From the NCBI GenBank assembly GCA_951406725.2, contig OX597814.1:95852001-95916000 (forward strand): a DNA stretch of 64,000 nt, in the 5' to 3' direction. This document shows positions 24,701 through 36,909 of this stretch, one piece after another. The notes under the pieces are model-generated. The model was not told the DNA's origin and did not search any database. It was given only the letters and a program-made list of their open reading frames with translations. Source of the DNA: Octopus vulgaris. Lineage: Eukaryota. Numbering within the stretch: the stretch's first letter is position 1; every line of letters starts with the position of its first letter. Both the position numbers and the translations under genes were made by a program.

Positions 24701-27700
24701 TAGCAATTTAATACCTCTGTATTTGTTTCTATCTAAGGCATCACCTTGTAGCAGCTAACTATAATACTACTACACCAGTCATTGGGGATGGTGCCCTCCT
24801 GAATAACTTGACTAACTGTATGGGTGACTAAGCTGTATCCTACATCACTGGAGATTTTAATCATCTCAGCAGTGATTCCTGATGACCCAGAGGCTTTCCT
24901 TGTCTTCATATCCTTAATTGCTTTATTATGCTGCTATCAACTCTTATGGCTCATCCCTCAATTGGTTCGATATTTGGTAGACTCTCCTTCTCCCATTCAT
25001 TTTCTGCATTTAGTAACCTTTCATAGTGACACTTCCATGCATCTTTCTTCTCTGAGTCACTAAGTGCAAGCATACCATTATCCATTTGCACACATTTCTA
25101 TTCTCATATATATATAATGGACTCTCCCATCGTTAGATGACATATGAGGGTTCAACAGCTTCTTACCAAACAACCACACAGATGATTTGTTTATTGTGAT
25201 CAAATGTTTGTGTAGACATAAGCTCACTCTCTCCATCAGATTGATATTACCAGCACCGCTTGCCATGCTATATTATATATATATATGTGCAAGAGAGTCT
25301 ACTACGCTGGTATGGTCATGTGGCAAGGAAGAATGAGGGTAGCTGTGTGCCAGTAAGGCAACTTAATATAGAATGATTTTCGTCATTTCTTTCTCTTTTA
25401 CCTGCGTGGTTTGTTCTTGAGTGCTTTGGTTCTACTGGGATCTCCCTTTAAAGTAGAAGGAATAGCCAAAACTTTTTGACTGCTATTTCTAAATTCGGTG
25501 TGTGGTGAGGCAGATCGTTGCTGAACCCTAATTATTTAGTATATATATATATATATATATTATATTAAATCTCTTATGATAAAAGGCAGATTTTCTCTGC
25601 CTGTTCCCATGTTTCTTTTTAATACAATTCTACAATATAGAATTTCTTCAATTGGAATTTACCTATGATTTTTCCAAGTAGATTCGATTGGGTCATGGCA
25701 TGTAAAGTTTTTTCAATTTGACTCCCAATTAAGCAAAAATTCGAGAAAACTCTATATTTTACGATTTCCCTCTCTCATTTCAAGTGGTTTACGCCTGCTA
25801 TTACCACCACACTTTCTCCTACTTTCTCTTTGCAAGTGTGAAACTATTAAAGTGAAAGTATTATATAACAGGGATGAGCCATTAATAGTGGTCATCCTTT
25901 TTGCTAGAGGAAGATCCACTATGGTCTTATATGCTACACCACTGGTTTTCAATTCATATTAATCAAATTAATATTCAATTTTTCACCCTTATTATGTGTG
26001 TGTATTAGCAATTCGTATAAAATTGCATCAATGACTTGAACTTGAATAAGTGGTTTCACATAAATGGGGATAAATTAAAAAGGTTTCTTGTTATTATTAT
26101 TACTGTTTGACTATTGTAATCACGTTTGTTGGTTCTTCGTCAGGGAAACATTATTGTGTTGCATTTGTTAATTAATTGTAAACCGTAACCCTCCCCCTTT
26201 CAGAGAAGGGGCTTTCGTTATTGTTTAAAAATTGAATTGTGTCCCTGTTTGGGGAAATTGACAATATTTTCACCGTCTTTACGGAAGCATTTTTGTTAAA
26301 ATGCCTTCGATAGAAGAAAGTCCAAAATGAATTTCGCTGCAGCCATACACTTCTATACAAGAGGGAGGACAAGATCCAATTGATCGAAATTGCAAGAGAC
26401 GGGCCTACAATTCCAGTCTGTTATCTATTTTGAGTATTGTTATCACTAGCGATATCAAGATATAACTTTGTATTTTGTGTGTAGATGTATATATATATAT
26501 AGATGTACCTGTAATATGTACACATATATATACACATATATACATGCATAATATATCTACCCATACACACATACGCACACACACACACACACACATACAT
26601 AGGGGCAGGTGTGGCTGTGTGGTAACAAAGTATGTTCCAAACACATGGTCCTGGGTTCAGTCCCACTGTGTGGTGACTTGGCATGTGTCTTCTGCTGTAG
26701 CTTCAGACCAACAAAAGCCTTCTCAGTGGATTTTGTACATATATACAGGCATACATACATATATATACATGCATATGTACATATTCGGCATAAACACTCT
26801 ACCACTACAACTAATAACTGTTGGGAACACTTTGCCTACATAGGGCATCCATTCTCTTTTAACACAGCATGAAGTCTTGTAACAGCACATCTGCTGCCGT
26901 TCGTGGAAAACGAAGAGACCCTATTCACCTGCGAACGTTTTACACCGCCTTCCACGACTATCAAATTCTTACAATTATGAGAACAATAACATGGCTCTTT
27001 TCAAGGCAACCTCGCATTCAATTCTTACACCATTCTACGAGGGGGTAGGAACCCCTTTACACGGCTTTCTATACACTTACAAATACATTCATTCGCCATA
27101 AACTTATATCAATATTTGCCTGAATAATCATCATAATTCAGTGCAATCATTAACAGTACTTTCAAGCAATTCAGCCCCGAGCATTGCCGGGCAATTCGTC
27201 TAGTTAGAGATAAAACCACTACTAGGCAAATCAAATAGTGAAAATCATAAGCCAATACCTAGAAATAAATTTAATTAAAAAATATATAAAAAATATAAAA
27301 TATAAAATATAAAAATCCAATTAAAATATTTAAATTAAAGTTAAAAATTAAAAAAATTGTTTAAATTAATAATTTAAACTTATAAATTATAAATATATAT
27401 ATATATTTTTATTATTATTTTATTTAATTATTTATTTTTTTTATAAATATTTTTATATTTTTATATTTATTTATTTATTTTTTTATAAACTATCAAAAAG
27501 TATTAAAACTTTAATAAGATAAAGAGTATTTGCCTAGTAGTGGTTTTATCTCTAATTTAATATAATATATATATATACTATAAAATTAGATTTAATCCTA
27601 AATCTAATTTTTCCCTGTAAGTTTGGATTTACTCCTTAATATTATTATTATATATATATATATATTTATGTTATAGATATTATACATATACAATTATGTT

Positions 27701-27847
27701 TTATTATATTTCATTCATTTCTAATGTATAAATTTCAAGTGATTCACATAATATTTTCAATTTCTTTCAGGGATGGCCGGAACTATATACTTTTTAGTTG
27801 ATATGATGGACCCTTCGAAAGCAAAATTCCCAGCTTTTGAACTATAA
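12682..27847 (+). CDS. LANCL2: LanC-like protein (LANCL1/LANCL2 co-orthologue), 9 exons, 400 aa
   Basis: Exons 12682-12756, 16718-16835, 19052-19268, 19839-19980, 20070-20210, 20515-20697, 22672-22848, 23598-23670 and 27771-27847 total 1203 nt; all introns GT-AG and phase-consistent. Motifs RxFPNP, YTG, FLCGDAGPLA, PDEILYGRAG, GAAHG, WCHGAPG, GICHG (Zn ligands), PFSLFEGMAG and C-terminal FPAFEL. Confidence 0.96.
14058..14290 (+). mobile_element. SINE family B; copies near 15310 and 15500 (minus), 16385, 30000 and 63258 (plus)
   Basis: Shared ctggcagaat...ttctgagttcaaatt...gactttgcctttcatcctt...aaataagtacc, including a B-box-like gttcaaattc. Confidence 0.7.
15040..15190 (+). mobile_element. 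RLE-type (R4/Dong-like) LINE C-terminal fragment
   Basis: VIIGALGILSKDVDKWSKEV...ELLQKACLLGTGKLIRRVLST* matches the IGALG...QKAxLLGTxxIxRRVL terminus. Confidence 0.6.
15811..16219. mobile_element. MITE with about 30-bp TIRs and 8-bp TSD (Merlin-like GG termini)
   Basis: ggatcttttcggtttgaa...ttcaaaccgaaaagatcc; flanks taacgtgt / taatgtgt. Confidence 0.7.
16718..16835 (+). CDS. LANCL2: LANCL exon 2
   Basis: ttttcag|IAEEFSVKLEDCIQSLLSKLDYGLKSQDKNDFTVYTGVT-G|gtcagt. Confidence 0.92.
19052..19268 (+). CDS. LANCL2: LANCL exon 3
   Basis: GIALLHFHLY...FTFLCGDAGPLAIGAVVY...ECIR, gttagt donor. Confidence 0.95.
19839..19980 (+). CDS. LANCL2: LANCL exon 4
   Basis: LCDMLPQVIQDESLPDEILYGRAGYVYALLFV...LILQ|gtaaga. 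Confidence 0.95.
20070..20210 (+). CDS. LANCL2: LANCL exon 5
   Basis: VCQKMLKSG...PLMYEWHEKKYFGAAHGLSGIFFMLMQ|gtatgt. Confidence 0.95.
20515..20697 (+). CDS. LANCL2: LANCL exon 6
   Basis: IGDPSLNSQLEQFVLPSIDYMLQLQFPSGNCPSSMGSNTDKLVHWCHGAPGWIHMFAMAYK|gtaaaa; uses the second of two duplicated acceptors. Confidence 0.92.
22672..22848 (+). CDS. LANCL2: LANCL exon 7
   Basis: [42 protein letters not shown]...QACK|gtaagt. Confidence 0.95.
23598..23670 (+). CDS. LANCL2: LANCL exon 8
   Basis: FAEWCFDYGRHGCRIADRPFSLFE-G|gtaatt. Confidence 0.95.
24550..25075 (-). mobile_element. RTE LINE reverse transcriptase fragment
   Basis: LDQVMKVTERVI...DEMQFGVVPGKSTTDAIFLVRQLQEKYL, typical RTE RT motif. Confidence 0.8.
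25570..27203 (+). mobile_element. Non-autonomous Helitron with a nested SINE fragment (about 26603-26735)
   Basis: Starts A|TCTCTTATGATAAAAG; ends with hairpin cccgagcattgccggg then CTAG|T; no TSD. Confidence 0.8.
27771..27847 (+). CDS. LANCL2: LANCL exon 9 (terminal coding part)
   Basis: tttcag|GMAGTIYFLVDMMDPSKAKFPAFEL then TAA. Confidence 0.95.
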
Positions 27848-28875
27848 AGTGTATTTGCTCTCAGCAATCTTGCCAATGTTTTTTTTTTAATATACATATT
27901 TAAATTAATATTTTGGTGGGATTAATTTTAAGAATATTTGTGTTAACTTCCTAGTTAGTTAAAGCTATATTTCTTGAAGAGTTCACCACCTTAATTGCTA
28001 TGGTACTGTACTCCTGCTTCCCAGGGTGTTAGCTTGTATCTAACTGCAGAAGTTGTGTTGTTTTTGTGCAAGGTACTCACCAGTACTTGCTTAAGGTTCC
28101 TTAACTAAGTACTTAACAAGAATTGATACATCTTTTGAAAGTGTTCAACAGAAATATTTCCTAAAAATGAAATTGTTTTTATTTCACATGTATTGCTTGT
28201 GTTTGAAAAAGAGCTGAACATTTCTTATATTTCTTATCCTTAAAATTTCTAGCTTTGTGTCTAAATGAAAGAGCCTGGAGAGGTTTATCAGGAACCACAC
28301 CTTTTATCCTATCACTCTATATTATATAGCAGTGTCCTTCAGAAGCCATGTAAGTGTGCTACATGGTGGACTTTTTTTTTCTCATTCCTTATACATAAAT
28401 ATTCATAATTTTTATGTAAGATTTTAAAGTGAATAATTGCTTATTTTCAACTGATATTCAGAATTACTTATAGACATATGTTTGCACTAAGTTGTGTTGA
28501 ATCTCACTTCATAATGTAAAAGCATTTTGAAAATGTGTACACATATTCATATATATATTTAGCTATAATTTAGTGATGCTTTGAAATAACGAAGTATTTC
28601 TAAAAATTAACCCATTCTGATATTAAATATAAAAAGTCTGAAATTGGTATGCTGTTTTAATTGTACATTAATAACTGTATCTAGTTAATGGTTCCCAATT
28701 ATAGAAATTATAAATATTTTTAGGAATGATCATTTTTCTGTTATTTACATTTCTCCAGAAAACAGCTGTCAATATTCACAAAATCTTTGAATTGTATCAA
28801 TTCTGTTTTGAAAAGAAATCCCTAAACTTCAGTTCAGTATTTAATTTTTATTATGATTGTTTTTAATATCTTTTT

Positions 28876-28881
28876 AATAAA
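28876..28881 (+). terminator. Candidate LANCL polyadenylation signal
   Basis: AATAAA about 1 kb after the stop, followed by a T-rich tract and then repeat-derived sequence. Confidence 0.4.
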
Positions 28882-29099
28882 ATTATTATACAGGAAACAA
28901 ATATTTTTTTTATTTATATCACCATCAGCTTTCACATGCTGCAGTTGACTACATAAAATTGCAATGCTTTCCTCCCAGTAATTTTTATTTAAGGGCAGTT
29001 CCCTCAAATCCTTTTTACAATTTCAAGTTTTCTTCAAAAATATGCAGTTTTCTTTGTTCCATTTTTATACCATCATCGTTTTCTGCTCTCAATGAGCCA

Positions 29100-30560
29100 G
29101 TTGATTAAAGTAACTCACTACCCACCATCCTACCAACTTTCCAGCAGTCTGTGATATTTCTCAAAGCTATGTCAATTCTTTGTTGATTACTCTTGGCAGT
29201 AAAAGTGCTTCATTTATGACTTCTCCAAGATAGCTAAGCAGGTAACTGATACTATTTCTTTGGTTTGTCTCTCCACATCTCCTACACTATCAGAGTATAC
29301 AAACTCCAAGTAGTTGAAATGCAGCTGTTCATGGGAGGAAAAGTGTCTACAAAATATTATCACCATTAACTGCAAAGCATTCACCAACCTCTGCAAAATA
29401 ACTCAGGAAAACAGAGCATGCCTACATACATTGCATAACCTGTATGCTTTCCTTCTTGAATTGTAACATGTCCAATAGATTCTCTGCTAATTTTTGTGAC
29501 TCTTCCTACCTGCTGATTTTAAATCCAGATGGTTCTGCAAATAGCATTCCTAGAGTCAAAGCTACCAAATTGGCTGCTCATTTAGCCTTCAGCTCCACAC
29601 TACATATATTTAGTAAACTCTGCCCCAAATTTCACTAATTTCATTCGAGCTGAATTCATCCCTAAGTGCAATCTTCTTTAATGATTAAGAATGTGATGAA
29701 GTCACAGTTCCTGTTGGTGTTCCTGCTAGCTCCTACCTTTATTACTCTCTTTGTTCTTTTTATACCCAATGTATGAAAGCCATATATTCCATATTGTGTA
29801 AAAAATTGCTTTTTGTGGACACCACAAAAAAAGAAATCTCTCTTGCCCTGCCAATTACTGATTTTTTGCCCTTACTTCCAACATTGTAAACATAATGGGG
29901 ACAACCACAAAACTTTGTCTATCTTCTGTCTTTCCTTAGATATATCAAGTGACCTCGTTTCCTCTACATCATTAAAATCAGTGTTAATTCCCTTGACAAA
30001 AAGGTGGCAACTGGCAGAATTGTTAGCATACTGGGCTAAATGCTTAATGGCATTTCATCTATCATTATGTTCTTAGTTCAAATTCCATTGACTTTGCCTT
30101 TCATCCTTTTGGGGTTGATAAAATAAGTATGAGTCGAATTCTGGGGTCAGTGTAAGTGACTTGCCCCTCCCCTGAAATTGCTGGCATTGTGCCAAAATTG
30201 GAAACCAATATTTTACAGTAAGTCTCTCTCTCTCTCCCACATTTAACCAAGTTTGGTGTGATTCCTGGTTTTGTTAAGTATCTCTTATATGCTTTCTTTA
30301 GCAATTTATCGATCTTCTTACTGATACTTCTAACATTTGCAGATGGTGTTTCACTTTTCATCTTCTGCACAACACAGAAAAAATATCCTCCAAAGTATTC
30401 ATGACAACCTAGTCTACTTCAACACAATCTTTACACATGTCAAAGAATTAATCTTGCAACATGAAGTTTTCCCAGCTTGTGAGCAATACAGAGCTAAAAC
30501 CTACAAACATTGCAAATAAGTCTCTGATGATTTTTCATAGTGATCACATATAACATTGCT
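29100..30560 (+). mobile_element. Highly degraded CR1/L2-like LINE RT, interrupted by a SINE at about 30000-30210
   Basis: Relic motifs NPDGSANSIPRVKATKLAAHLAFSSTL, PQKRNLSCPANY*FFALTSNIVNIM (PKKG..P.NYRPI.LTS) and FADG (YADD). Confidence 0.55.
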
Positions 30561-31270
30561 AGGTTTCTTTTATTAGGACCACAAAATTCCAACAGAGTCT
30601 GGTCTAAAGTATAAATGTGATTTACATTATTCTTCACATATTTGGGATGGCATTGTGACAGCACAAACCTCTTAGATTGCATACAAAAAAAAAAAGCCAG
30701 CTGATTAATTGGTAAAGATTCACTCACTAAAATACTAGACAAGACATTGTTTAACCCTTTAGTATTTAAATCGGCCATATCAGGCTCAAATATTCTGTTT
30801 TATATTCAAACTGGTGAGATCCAGTCTCACATACCTGTCCTACAATGTCATTCTAAACACAAGCAGTCATACTAATGAAATTTCAAGGCTACAAGATAAC
30901 GCGTGATTAATTGAAAATAATGTGAATAAATAAGCATTGCATTTGACGGAGTTACCTGAATACTAAAGGGTTAATTTATTTCTTCTTAAACTACAATATT
31001 CAATCCTAAACTGCAAGCTAAAGATCACCTCTGCCTAAGGCTTACCAATGCATTTGCTTCTGCTCCATTTCACAGATCAGTACTTAAATACTTATTTTTC
31101 TCTATTCCTTTATGACTAGAGCTCATTTTGAGGTCTCCACTTTGGTTTTACATTTACGATATTAAATGATGATGATCATCATCATTCCAGTGTGTTAGTA
31201 GGATGGTAAACACCCTTATGGATACACTTGCAGAATATCAACATTTAATGTATTATCACTATCATAGAAA

Positions 31271-31644
31271 ACTCTTTTACTTGTTTCAGTCATTTGACTG
31301 TGGTCATGCTGGAGCACTGCCTTTAGTCGAGCAAATCGACCCCAGGACTTATTCTTTGTAAGCCTAGTACTTATTCTATCGGCCTCTTTTGCTGAACCGA
31401 TAAGTTACGGGGACGTAAACACACCACCATCAGTTGTCAAGCGATGTTGGGGGGGACAAACACAAACACATATATATATATGACAAGCTTCTTTCTGTTT
31501 CCGTCTACCAAATCCACTCACAAGGCTTTGGTTGGCCCGAGGCTATAGTAGAAGACACTTGCCCAAGGTGCCACTCAGTGGGAATGAACCCGGAACCATG
31601 TGGTTGGTAAGCAAGCTACTTATCACACAGCCACTCCTGCACCT
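31271..31644 (-). mobile_element. tRNA-derived SINE family A, near full length
   Basis: Minus-strand head aggtgcaggagtggctgtgtg with A-box and B-box (ggttca(g/t)tccc) and a gtaaaagag tail; highly similar to 38262-38636 and 52733-53138. Confidence 0.85.
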
Positions 31645-32099
31645 AACATTATTACTGTAATGATTTTAGCTTTTCATTTGGACAACAGGATAACTTATGC
31701 CATCTTGGATATGATCATGTACTTGTCACCCCAAAATGTAGTTCTTTATAATGCACAGCCTTAATGTTTAGTTTTAAAATTTGTATTACAAATGAATAAA
31801 TATGATTATCTCATTATCTATATGATTATATTATTGAGTTAATATTTCTTTTTGCTAGGATGTCAAAATCATTGTTTTATATGAGCTGTAGTTTATGGTT
31901 TGCTATTGGAGACAAAGCTTACATATTGTTTAGACTGTCAAGTTTTTCTCAATAGCAAAATACTCAGTTCATTTGAGTATACTTAATCTTGTTTTACTGA
32001 ATGTCATTCATATTAAGGTGTAAACCAAATAGAATTTCCTTTCATAGACAAAAAAAACTCGAAAATATTAAGTTAAAAAATCATTTTATTAATATAATA

Positions 32100-32830
32100 C
32101 TATAAAGTTTTTGTAAGTAGGAAAGAAAACATTGGCTTGATAGGGAAATAGTCATGCTCAATAAGCAGAAAAGGATTAGTTAGAAATTCTATACAGTGTA
32201 CCCAGTGTAAAGACTGGACACATGAGGCGTAGTGGAATCATAATAGAAAAGATAGACTTCATATGTGACAGATGTACAAGGACAATAAGTATAAGAGCAC
32301 ATGGGAAATAAAATACTCTCAATCTAATTAGCAGCAGGGATATTTTGAGAATATAGGAGCTACAGTAAGAACAGCTGGAAAAAAGTTCAAGAAACTCTTA
32401 ATTATACAGGCTACAAAGGGTTTCTCTTTCAGAGTGAAAAATAGATTGTATCATACTTGAGTATGAATTGCAAATGTTGCATGAGAGTGAAACACTGGTC
32501 CTGAATGTAGAGGACATGCAAAGGCTAGAAAGTACATGAACAAAGGAATGCAGATGAGCCAAGAGAACCATTATGTATAAAATGAACCATGTAGTGTGTA
32601 AGAGAGATATCTGTGCTGGTATGGGCATATGAAATGTATGGATGATATCAGCTCTGTAGAGGAAAGCAGGGTGCATCAAAGTAGATATAACCTGAAGAGG
32701 AGACTCACAAAGAATTGTGAAGACCGATCTCAGGTTGATGTACCTCATAAAAGAGATGACTGATTACAAGCAGTTTTGGGGGAGATGTGCCTGCCTGTGC
32801 AAGCATGGTGAAATGAATGTTAAAAGTATT
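32100..32830 (+). mobile_element. Degraded RTE LINE 3' portion
   Basis: Similar to RTE C-terminal coding sequence and 3' tail elsewhere in the window. Confidence 0.55.
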
Positions 32831-34789
32831 TGAGGCTAAATGTTTCCAAATATTTTCTCCTTTTTGCAAAACAATGAAGTACAACAGACAGTCTCTATTT
32901 GTGTCAATTTCAAAATTACACACACACACACAGATTTTTGTTGTTTTTACAAATGCTTTATTCTATGCTGGCATAGGTTACATGAAACTTTGTTGAAATA
33001 ATACTGTATGGTTGGATTCTCTTCCTGTCACCAACCTTTACTTATTTCCAAATAAGGTACTTATTCTAGTGGTTGTTTGGTCTACTGGATGTGTTTTTAA
33101 AGCATCAGTAAATATTAACATCATCTTAGAAATAACATTGTTTTAGGCTTTAAGTGTGTAAACAATGTTAAAACACAACTAGGTGGATATAAACACTTGT
33201 ACACAAACATATATGATGGACATCCATACATTTTCAGTACAATTTCACACAAGGTTAGCCAGCAATGATAGAAGAGACATGTGTAATATAAAAGTGGAAA
33301 TTAGTAAAAATTATTAAAGGAAGTATAGAAATTAAAATTTTATTTTCTTTCATTACACTTTTTCATTTTTAGAAAAAATTTCAAAAGGATTTTGAAAAAT
33401 GTATTCAACACACACACATATATGTATATGAATAGAAAAAAATTATAGAATTACAAATATATTTTTAAATCTTATCCATAAGTGAAAAATATTTGTTAAA
33501 AGGTAGATTCATATTTTACTTGTAATTATATTCAGAGTAAATCCTCAGTTATAAACTGAGTCTAGATTGTAATTTTTTGAAACTTGATACCATATTAATG
33601 AGAGTAAAAAAAAGGATGTATTTTTAAGAATTAGGAATTCAGTGATAAGCAATCTATGTGGATTTTACATCAAATTTTTACTCATTACATTCTTAAGTCT
33701 GAATTCATGTTTGTAAAACCATGAAATGGAACCTTTAGATCATTTAATGTGCTAGATATAGCAGCCAAATCTCCTTCAAACTACATCCCCTCACTTCATA
33801 AAAGAAATACACACATTGGATGATGCAATCCTACATAAATACTCAAATAAAAAATGAGACTCATGAATAGAACACCATTGACTGAAAGGATACTGAAATC
33901 AAGATTGTTTAGTTATCAACATGGACTCTTCCAAAAAGTTGCAGTCTTAACACCAAAATTGTTCTCAGTGAAGTTAAATGTTTTGAATAAATAATTTTTT
34001 AATATCCTTTATCGGCAATCCTTTGATTTGTACTCATATCGAATGAACGCCCCTTTATCTATAAAGTACTTAATATGACTAAATATTTTACACTGGTATA
34101 CTTTTTTTTATCAATGTATAAAGAAAAGTCAGATCTGAAGGATTTAAAGACGCATAAAACAACAATACCTAACCTTACTATTTTCTCTAACATTATTGCC
34201 TTTCCCTTAATATTTTAATAAGGATTTTTGTTTTAAATATCAACTTAGATATTCACAATTGAAATATCTATGTTAGTTAACTGAAAATATCAAAAAATAT
34301 TAACAAAAATTCAACAATGTTTTCACTGTTCTATAAAGGTTAAATCCTAAAATTGGAATAGTAAATTGGAAACATGTTAGAATATACCAGATTCAGACAG
34401 TGAAATATCAAGCAACAATGTAAAACAGAACCATGAAGGATATATAAATATACTAACTGACACTGTGCTGTCAAAAATGACGGCTAATTGTAGTATATTA
34501 TTTATAAATAAGGTACATAATAATCACGGATACAAATATTCACATACTTCCCTTGTACATGCATGCACACACACACACAGTTAAAATTTGATTTTTCTTT
34601 TCAGTGCTGAATGTTCACCTTCCCATTTCCATTGCACACACAAACATTCACATATCTCCCTTTTACATACACACACAGTTGAAATGCTGATTTTTTTCAC
34701 CTCTTCCTTCGATATTCATCTATCACCCCATCTCTTCCCATTCATATGTTGTGATGGAGAAAAATAGAAGATATAGGATGTGCTCTTTG

Positions 34790-35498
34790 CCACATCCTTT
34801 CTCTCACTTGGCCAACACCTCTTTTACCTCCGCAGGAGTAATCAGTCCTTCACAGCATTCCACCTCCCGTGCTGAGTTGTGGCCCACCGGCTCGGAAGTC
34901 CTCTGAGGGCTCCCCATGCTCAAGTGCATCACTCTCCTCAAACAATCGGGCGAAATGCTGGTGAAAGGCCTTTTGCATCATTTCCTGTCCATAGATCTTG
35001 CGCCCCTGCTCGTCAGTTTAAAACTTTATAGAGGCTTTTTTTCCCCTCTGACTCTCCACACAACTTTCCCATCTGGCAATGTTAACACCTTCTTGACCCA
35101 CTGCACATAGCTTAGCTCTAACTCTGCTGCCTTTGTGTTTGGCTTTAGGGTGATGGTACAAGGCCGTTCTCGCCACCTGCACTCTAGAAGCAGAGCCAGA
35201 GTCCATAGCCACATCTAAATTCTTAACTAATTCCCCTTCTATTCTAGATCTATCTAAACTTAGCTGATTGCTAAATCTGATAGACTCTAAATGAATGACT
35301 CTCTTGGGGCGTGCCACCATCTATTATTAATGATGGTGCCACATAGTACCCTTTGTACTAACACCTTAATCCGGGTATGGAAGGCTTCACAAGTCAAAAT
35401 AGACTTGTTCATCTTCCAGTACCCGGGTCCCTCTCTATGACATTTATCTATATGTACCTCGCATGTCACAAATTTGTGATCCGTGTAAGGTACAATAT
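34790..35498 (-). mobile_element. Tx1/L1 ORF2 fragment (end of endonuclease and linker), inverted
   Basis: YTDHKFVTCEV...GPGYWKMNKSIL...NNRWW and CEGLITPAEVKEVL on the minus strand. Confidence 0.8.
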
Positions 35499-35513
35499 TG
35501 TCCAGTGTCCGAC

Positions 35514-36905
35514 GACACTGGACAGATGGTCCTGTTAAGTTGCTTGGTGTTTGGTTTGGTTCAGACTCCAAGACAGAGAAGAATTGGAGCAACGTATTGG
35601 ACAAGGTGGAGGCCATAGTACGGAAGTGGTCCAGGTTTCTGTCCTTGAAGGGTAGAGCAGAAGTAGTGCAGGTATTTATAGCATCTGTAATCACCTATTG
35701 CCTCTCTGTTGTGCCTTGCCCCAATTCTTGGCTAATCAAGCTGGAACGACTCATATTCCGTTTTTAGTGGAGAGGGGGAAAACCACTTGTGAAGCACTCC
35801 GTGTGCTGCCAGGAACCGCTAAAGGGTGGTCTGGGGATGCCCTGGCTAATGATGCACAGACATGCATTGAGGCTGAGTGCCACCTGGAGGGTGATAAGGT
35901 GTGGAGTCCGTTGGTGGAGGAGTTTTTGCCAGACCGGCCTCGCTGGAAAGATTTAAACCCTGTCTCATTAAAAGACGTAATCTGACTGTACAGCAGGAGT
36001 GTCGTCAAGCACTCTGGCTAATCCACAAGACGGGCAAAGCTGGCTGCGGGAATACCACCTCGATATTCTATAGAGGGCTTGTAGAGGGAAAAAACAATGA
36101 CATCCTAGGAAGGGTTCGATGAGAACCAGCTTACCAACCTGTTCCAAAAATCCTTCAAGCTGGGGTACTTGGATAATTTCCAAAAATCCCTGGCTTGGCA
36201 GTGTTACAGGAATGCTTTACCTGTTCGCAATAAGTTATCTAGGCATGGTATGGCAGTGCCACCAAGATGCAGGCAGGACAGTGAAACTGTGCAGCACACT
36301 TTTGTTCATTGTCTGCAGCTTTCCAGCTTGATAATTTATGTTGAACACGTGTTGTTGCATCTAGGACGAGTACAGCTATCAGCTGGATCTATAATATAGA
36401 TGATACCACCAACTGGACTCTCGAAGGAAGGTGAGGCTTGTTTTCTCTGTACAGTAGCAGTGTTGAAAGAGTGTATATGGAGAACAAGAATGGAAGGTTT
36501 TGTGACAGGGTCCTATATATCCGTCCCCGGTTTGCTGGTTTACTTCAGATACCATCTGAAGAACAAGATAGAGATGGAAAAGAGGACCCTGTCAGTTAGA
36601 GTATATGAACAAAGATGGAAGGAAGTGTTGAAAAAGGTGGGTGCAAGTTACCCAAATTAAACAAGGAAATGAAAAGTGATCTGCTGGGCCTTACAGGCTG
36701 TTGGATCAAGAAATCAATTTTCTTGTGTTTGTAAAAGAAAAAAAACAGTTTCGGTTTTAAGTTATCGTTTATTTTTAATTATTTTAATTGAATATATTCA
36801 TTAATTGAAATTGTATATAAAAAACACGATCTCATTCATTTTTTGTAATTGTTTGTCCTATGCTGTCCCCATCTCTATGTGTTGATCCGTAGTGATCATA
36901 ATAAA
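35514..36905 (+). mobile_element. Tx1/L1 ORF2 C-terminal part and 3' UTR
   Basis: VKLLGVWFG...LSLKGRAEV...KGGLGMP, zf-RVT-like ALPVRNKL...ETVQHTFVHC, stop at 36660, AATAAA near 36900. Confidence 0.85.
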
Positions 36906-36909
36906 CATT

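Noticed and set aside
12682-27847. LanC homologue as sign of a lanthipeptide (RiPP) cluster or horizontal transfer
   Set aside because: It is an intron-rich ordinary animal LANCL. No LanB/LanM, precursor peptide or transporter is nearby, and the neighbours are housekeeping genes.
31560-31644. tRNA gene (A and B boxes)
   Set aside because: It is the tRNA-derived head of a multi-copy SINE; no complete cloverleaf.
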